A DNA stretch of 64,000 bases from Selaginella moellendorffii (taxonomy: Eukaryota; Plantae; Lycopodiophyta), in assembly GCF_000143415.4 (NCBI RefSeq), contig NW_003314261.1, positions 2,367,266 to 2,431,265 of the forward strand. Direction: 5' to 3'. Both the position numbers and the translations under genes were made by a program. Position 1 is the first letter of the stretch. Every line of letters starts with the position of its first letter. Below are positions 61,261 through 64,000 of this stretch, one piece after another. The notes under the pieces were generated by a model. The model saw only the letters and a program-made list of their open reading frames with translations. It did no database searches and had not been told where the DNA came from.

Positions 61261-61967
61261 GCCGGCCTTTGCTTTTGGGTAATGCGCGCGAGAGTAGTGC
61301 CATATCTCTCACTCGCCAGGAGTGAATATTTGATCGATTATAGCCTCCCTCCTGGCAGTAGAGTGGACTCTTCTCTCTTTCCTTTTTTTTTTTTTTTCCT
61401 GATATTTTACTATTCATAAAAGAAAATTCCCTCCATGATCTGTGGACTAATTATTGGTTTCTTGGTTCCTTAAGAATTCCAAGCGCTCCATCGCGGAGAC
61501 TGTGAACCTCGCCGCCCAGAAGTTCCTGGCAGACTCCTCAAAGAAGTGAAAAAAAAAAAAACGAGACGATCCAATCCAGCATTGCGATATATGGTTGGGC
61601 TTTGCTATACTTGAACTATAGATATTATCTCTTCTAAATATTACAATGTGTGTAAAAATCATAGAAATGGTGTTTTGCCATGTGTACCGCGAAAAGTGCC
61701 TCCCCAAGGCTTTTGCTAAGATCTTAAAGTGGTACTCATATACTCAATGAAAATAATGGAAAAATTCCCTCCAATAATTGATATTAACACTCAATTTGAA
61801 ATAATATTCCGAGGGGAGATTCTAAGGTTCGAATATGGCGCCAAAAATTGTAGGGAGGAGCACAGAGATTCGCTCGTTTACGTGGCGGGGGCGGTGTCCC
61901 TGCCAAGGTCCCTGTGTAAAGGGCGGCATTATATTGCCACTTAGGGCAGTGCTTTAACTTGAGCGCC

Positions 61968-64000
61968 ATGGCGTGGTCGGTGACACAGGCTCCTGCTGGT
62001 AGGGCGTCTTGCATTTGCCCTAGAGGGATTGGCGGTAGTGGCGGCATTGGCGCGGCGGCCTCCTCGTCCCAGGCGCTGCGTTCCTCGGCTCGGCGGAGGA
62101 AGAGAGTGGCGCTTTGCTGTGGATCGCCGCTCCTCGGTCAGTATTTCGATTCTACTTAGATCCTTAGCTTAGGCGCTCCTAGAGATTGGATTGGAGAGTC
62201 GGATTTCCTTCCTCTGTGGAAAATGTGGAAAATCTCTGTCCTGAGCGTTTCTTGCTTCTTTGTGTGGCAGGAAGAGCGTTATCGTTGAGCTGCCACGTTC
62301 ACGGGAAACACTATTCACGACCGTCAAGTAAAAAAGTTTTTTTTTTAAATGGTAGTCTCACTCCTTTATTTCTCAGCGAGGGTGTCTTGCGCGGATCCTG
62401 TCTCTCCGGCAGAATCTACAGCGGCCTCGACGGCAACCGCTTCGAAGGATTTACTGGAGCCTAGCAAGGCAGATCACAGCATGGAAGAGCAGACCATGGA
62501 GATTGCCAAGCAAATCCAGGTATGGACAATGTTTCGCCCGTCAAGCGAGTATAGATTTTAATGTATGGCGTCGGGTAGATGTTGTGGGCGTGCAAACTCA
62601 GATTGCTCCTTGCCTATTTTACCCGCGAGCGAACTAGTTTTTCCTCCGTGGTTCGTATACGTCCTGCACAACTGACGCTTTTAGTCATCAGCACCTTTCT
62701 GTTTCGTGCTTGCTTAACTAACAGTGGAGACTTAGTGGGACTGTACTGTATCTGATTTATTTCGCTCTCTCTCGTTTTGCAAATCATGTTTTACTTATTC
62801 TGTTTAACTTCAGGCTTTTAGAGATGGAAGTTTGAAGTTGAAAGAACAGGATGCCGCGCTTCCCAAAGTTGTTCCTCCCCCGGGTGATGGCCAGCGTATC
62901 TACGAAATCGATCCGTACCTTAAAAACTACCGAGATCATCTAGAGTACAGGTAATTGCAAAAGTTTTATGTGGTGAAATGTGTCTTAAAGCTGGCTGGCG
63001 GTTTTAGGTACTCACAGTACAAGGCGAAAGTTGATGCGATCAACAAGCACGAAGGAGGCCTAGAGGCTTTTTCGAGGGGCTATGAGAAGTTCGGCTTTAA
63101 TCGAACGTATGCTTCAAAGCATCTTTAATGGTGTGATTGACTAGGATATTTGTCCGGATATTTTATTCATGCTGTCTTTGCAGTGCCGCTGGTATCACGT
63201 ATCGCGAGTGGGCACCCGCAGCGAAATCAGCATCTCTCATGGGGGATTTTAACAACTGGAATCCAAATGCAGACATGATGAAAAAGGTGCGACAAAACGC
63301 TTTAGTTTTGCTGCTCATACCTTGGCCGAGTTTTTACAGAACGAGTACGGAGTATGGGAGCTTTTCCTACCCAACAATGCAGATGGTTCTGCTGCGATTC
63401 CTCATGGGTCCAGAGTGAAGGTATGGCATTTTCTGTCGTAGCATTTGTCGACTGTGTAGTGTATCTATCCTACAGATTCACATGGAAACTGCATCTGGTG
63501 TTAAAGATGCTATTCCAGCATGGATCAAGTTTGCAGTTCAAGCACCGGGCGAAATTCCCTACAATGGAATTTATTATGATCCTCCACCTGAGGTTTACTT
63601 TCTGTTTTATCCCACGTCCGATGTTGTGACTCTGCCCTACCACAGGAACGATATGAGTTCAAGCATCCACGTCCTAAACGGCCCAATTCCTTGCGAGTAT
63701 ATGAAGCTCATGTTGGAATGAGCAGTACGGTTTGTATCTCTGACTTCAAAAATAAAGTCCTTTAGAAGCATGAATCTCTCTGTTTGCAGGAGCCGAAAGT
63801 AAACTCTTACTCTGCGTTTAGAGATGATGTGCTACCTCGAATCAAAGGGCTCGGATACAATGCCGTGCAGCTCATGGCGGTTATGGAGCACGCGTACTAT
63901 GGGAGTTTCGGGTAAATTTCGACAGTGGAAGGCATTGTTGTGGCTAACGTCGTGTCATTTGTTGCAGGTATCACATCACAAACTTTTTCGCTGTGAGCAG
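61968..64000 (+). CDS. SBE2: Starch branching enzyme II (GH13), 5' part; continues past the window
   Basis: Transit-peptide-like N-terminus, then [86 protein letters not shown]. Confidence 0.93.

Noticed and set aside
59850-61420. pri-miRNA for a conserved plant miRNA
   Set aside because: No match seen by eye to miR156/160/166/171/319/396/408, and the only evident pairing is simple GA/CT repeats.

Overview
Gene-dense land-plant nuclear DNA with many ~45-100 nt GT-AG introns and intronless GC-rich PLS-type PPR genes, consistent with the lycophyte Selaginella (inferred from style, not proven). Left 41 kb: a rearranged tandem array. It holds two apparently intact ABCC/MRP (ABCC5-like) transporter genes on the minus strand about 15.7 kb apart, at least eight intron-retaining, deletion-riddled ABCC pseudocopies on the plus strand, five copies of a small RING-H2 (ATL-like) ORF, one intact and three truncated Cys-rich glutaredoxin-like genes, and two TauD/clavaminate-synthase-like fragments. 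It also carries Ty3/gypsy pieces and a complete 593-bp TRIM whose LTRs contain a 5S rRNA-like segment (Cassandra type). Right 23 kb: single-copy genes, namely two convergent PPR genes, a predicted HARE-HTH + WRC zinc-finger gene, a kinase-less MUT9-like kinase (MLK/PPK) C-terminal-domain gene, RIC1, a candidate spliced microprotein and the 5' part of starch branching enzyme II. Most notable: (1) RING genes amplified tail-to-tail with inverted ABCC pseudogenes, so their 3' UTRs would be antisense to the functional ABCC mRNAs; (2) the Cassandra element; (3) the kinase-less MLK domain gene. Exon boundaries were read by eye and pseudogene limits are approximate.
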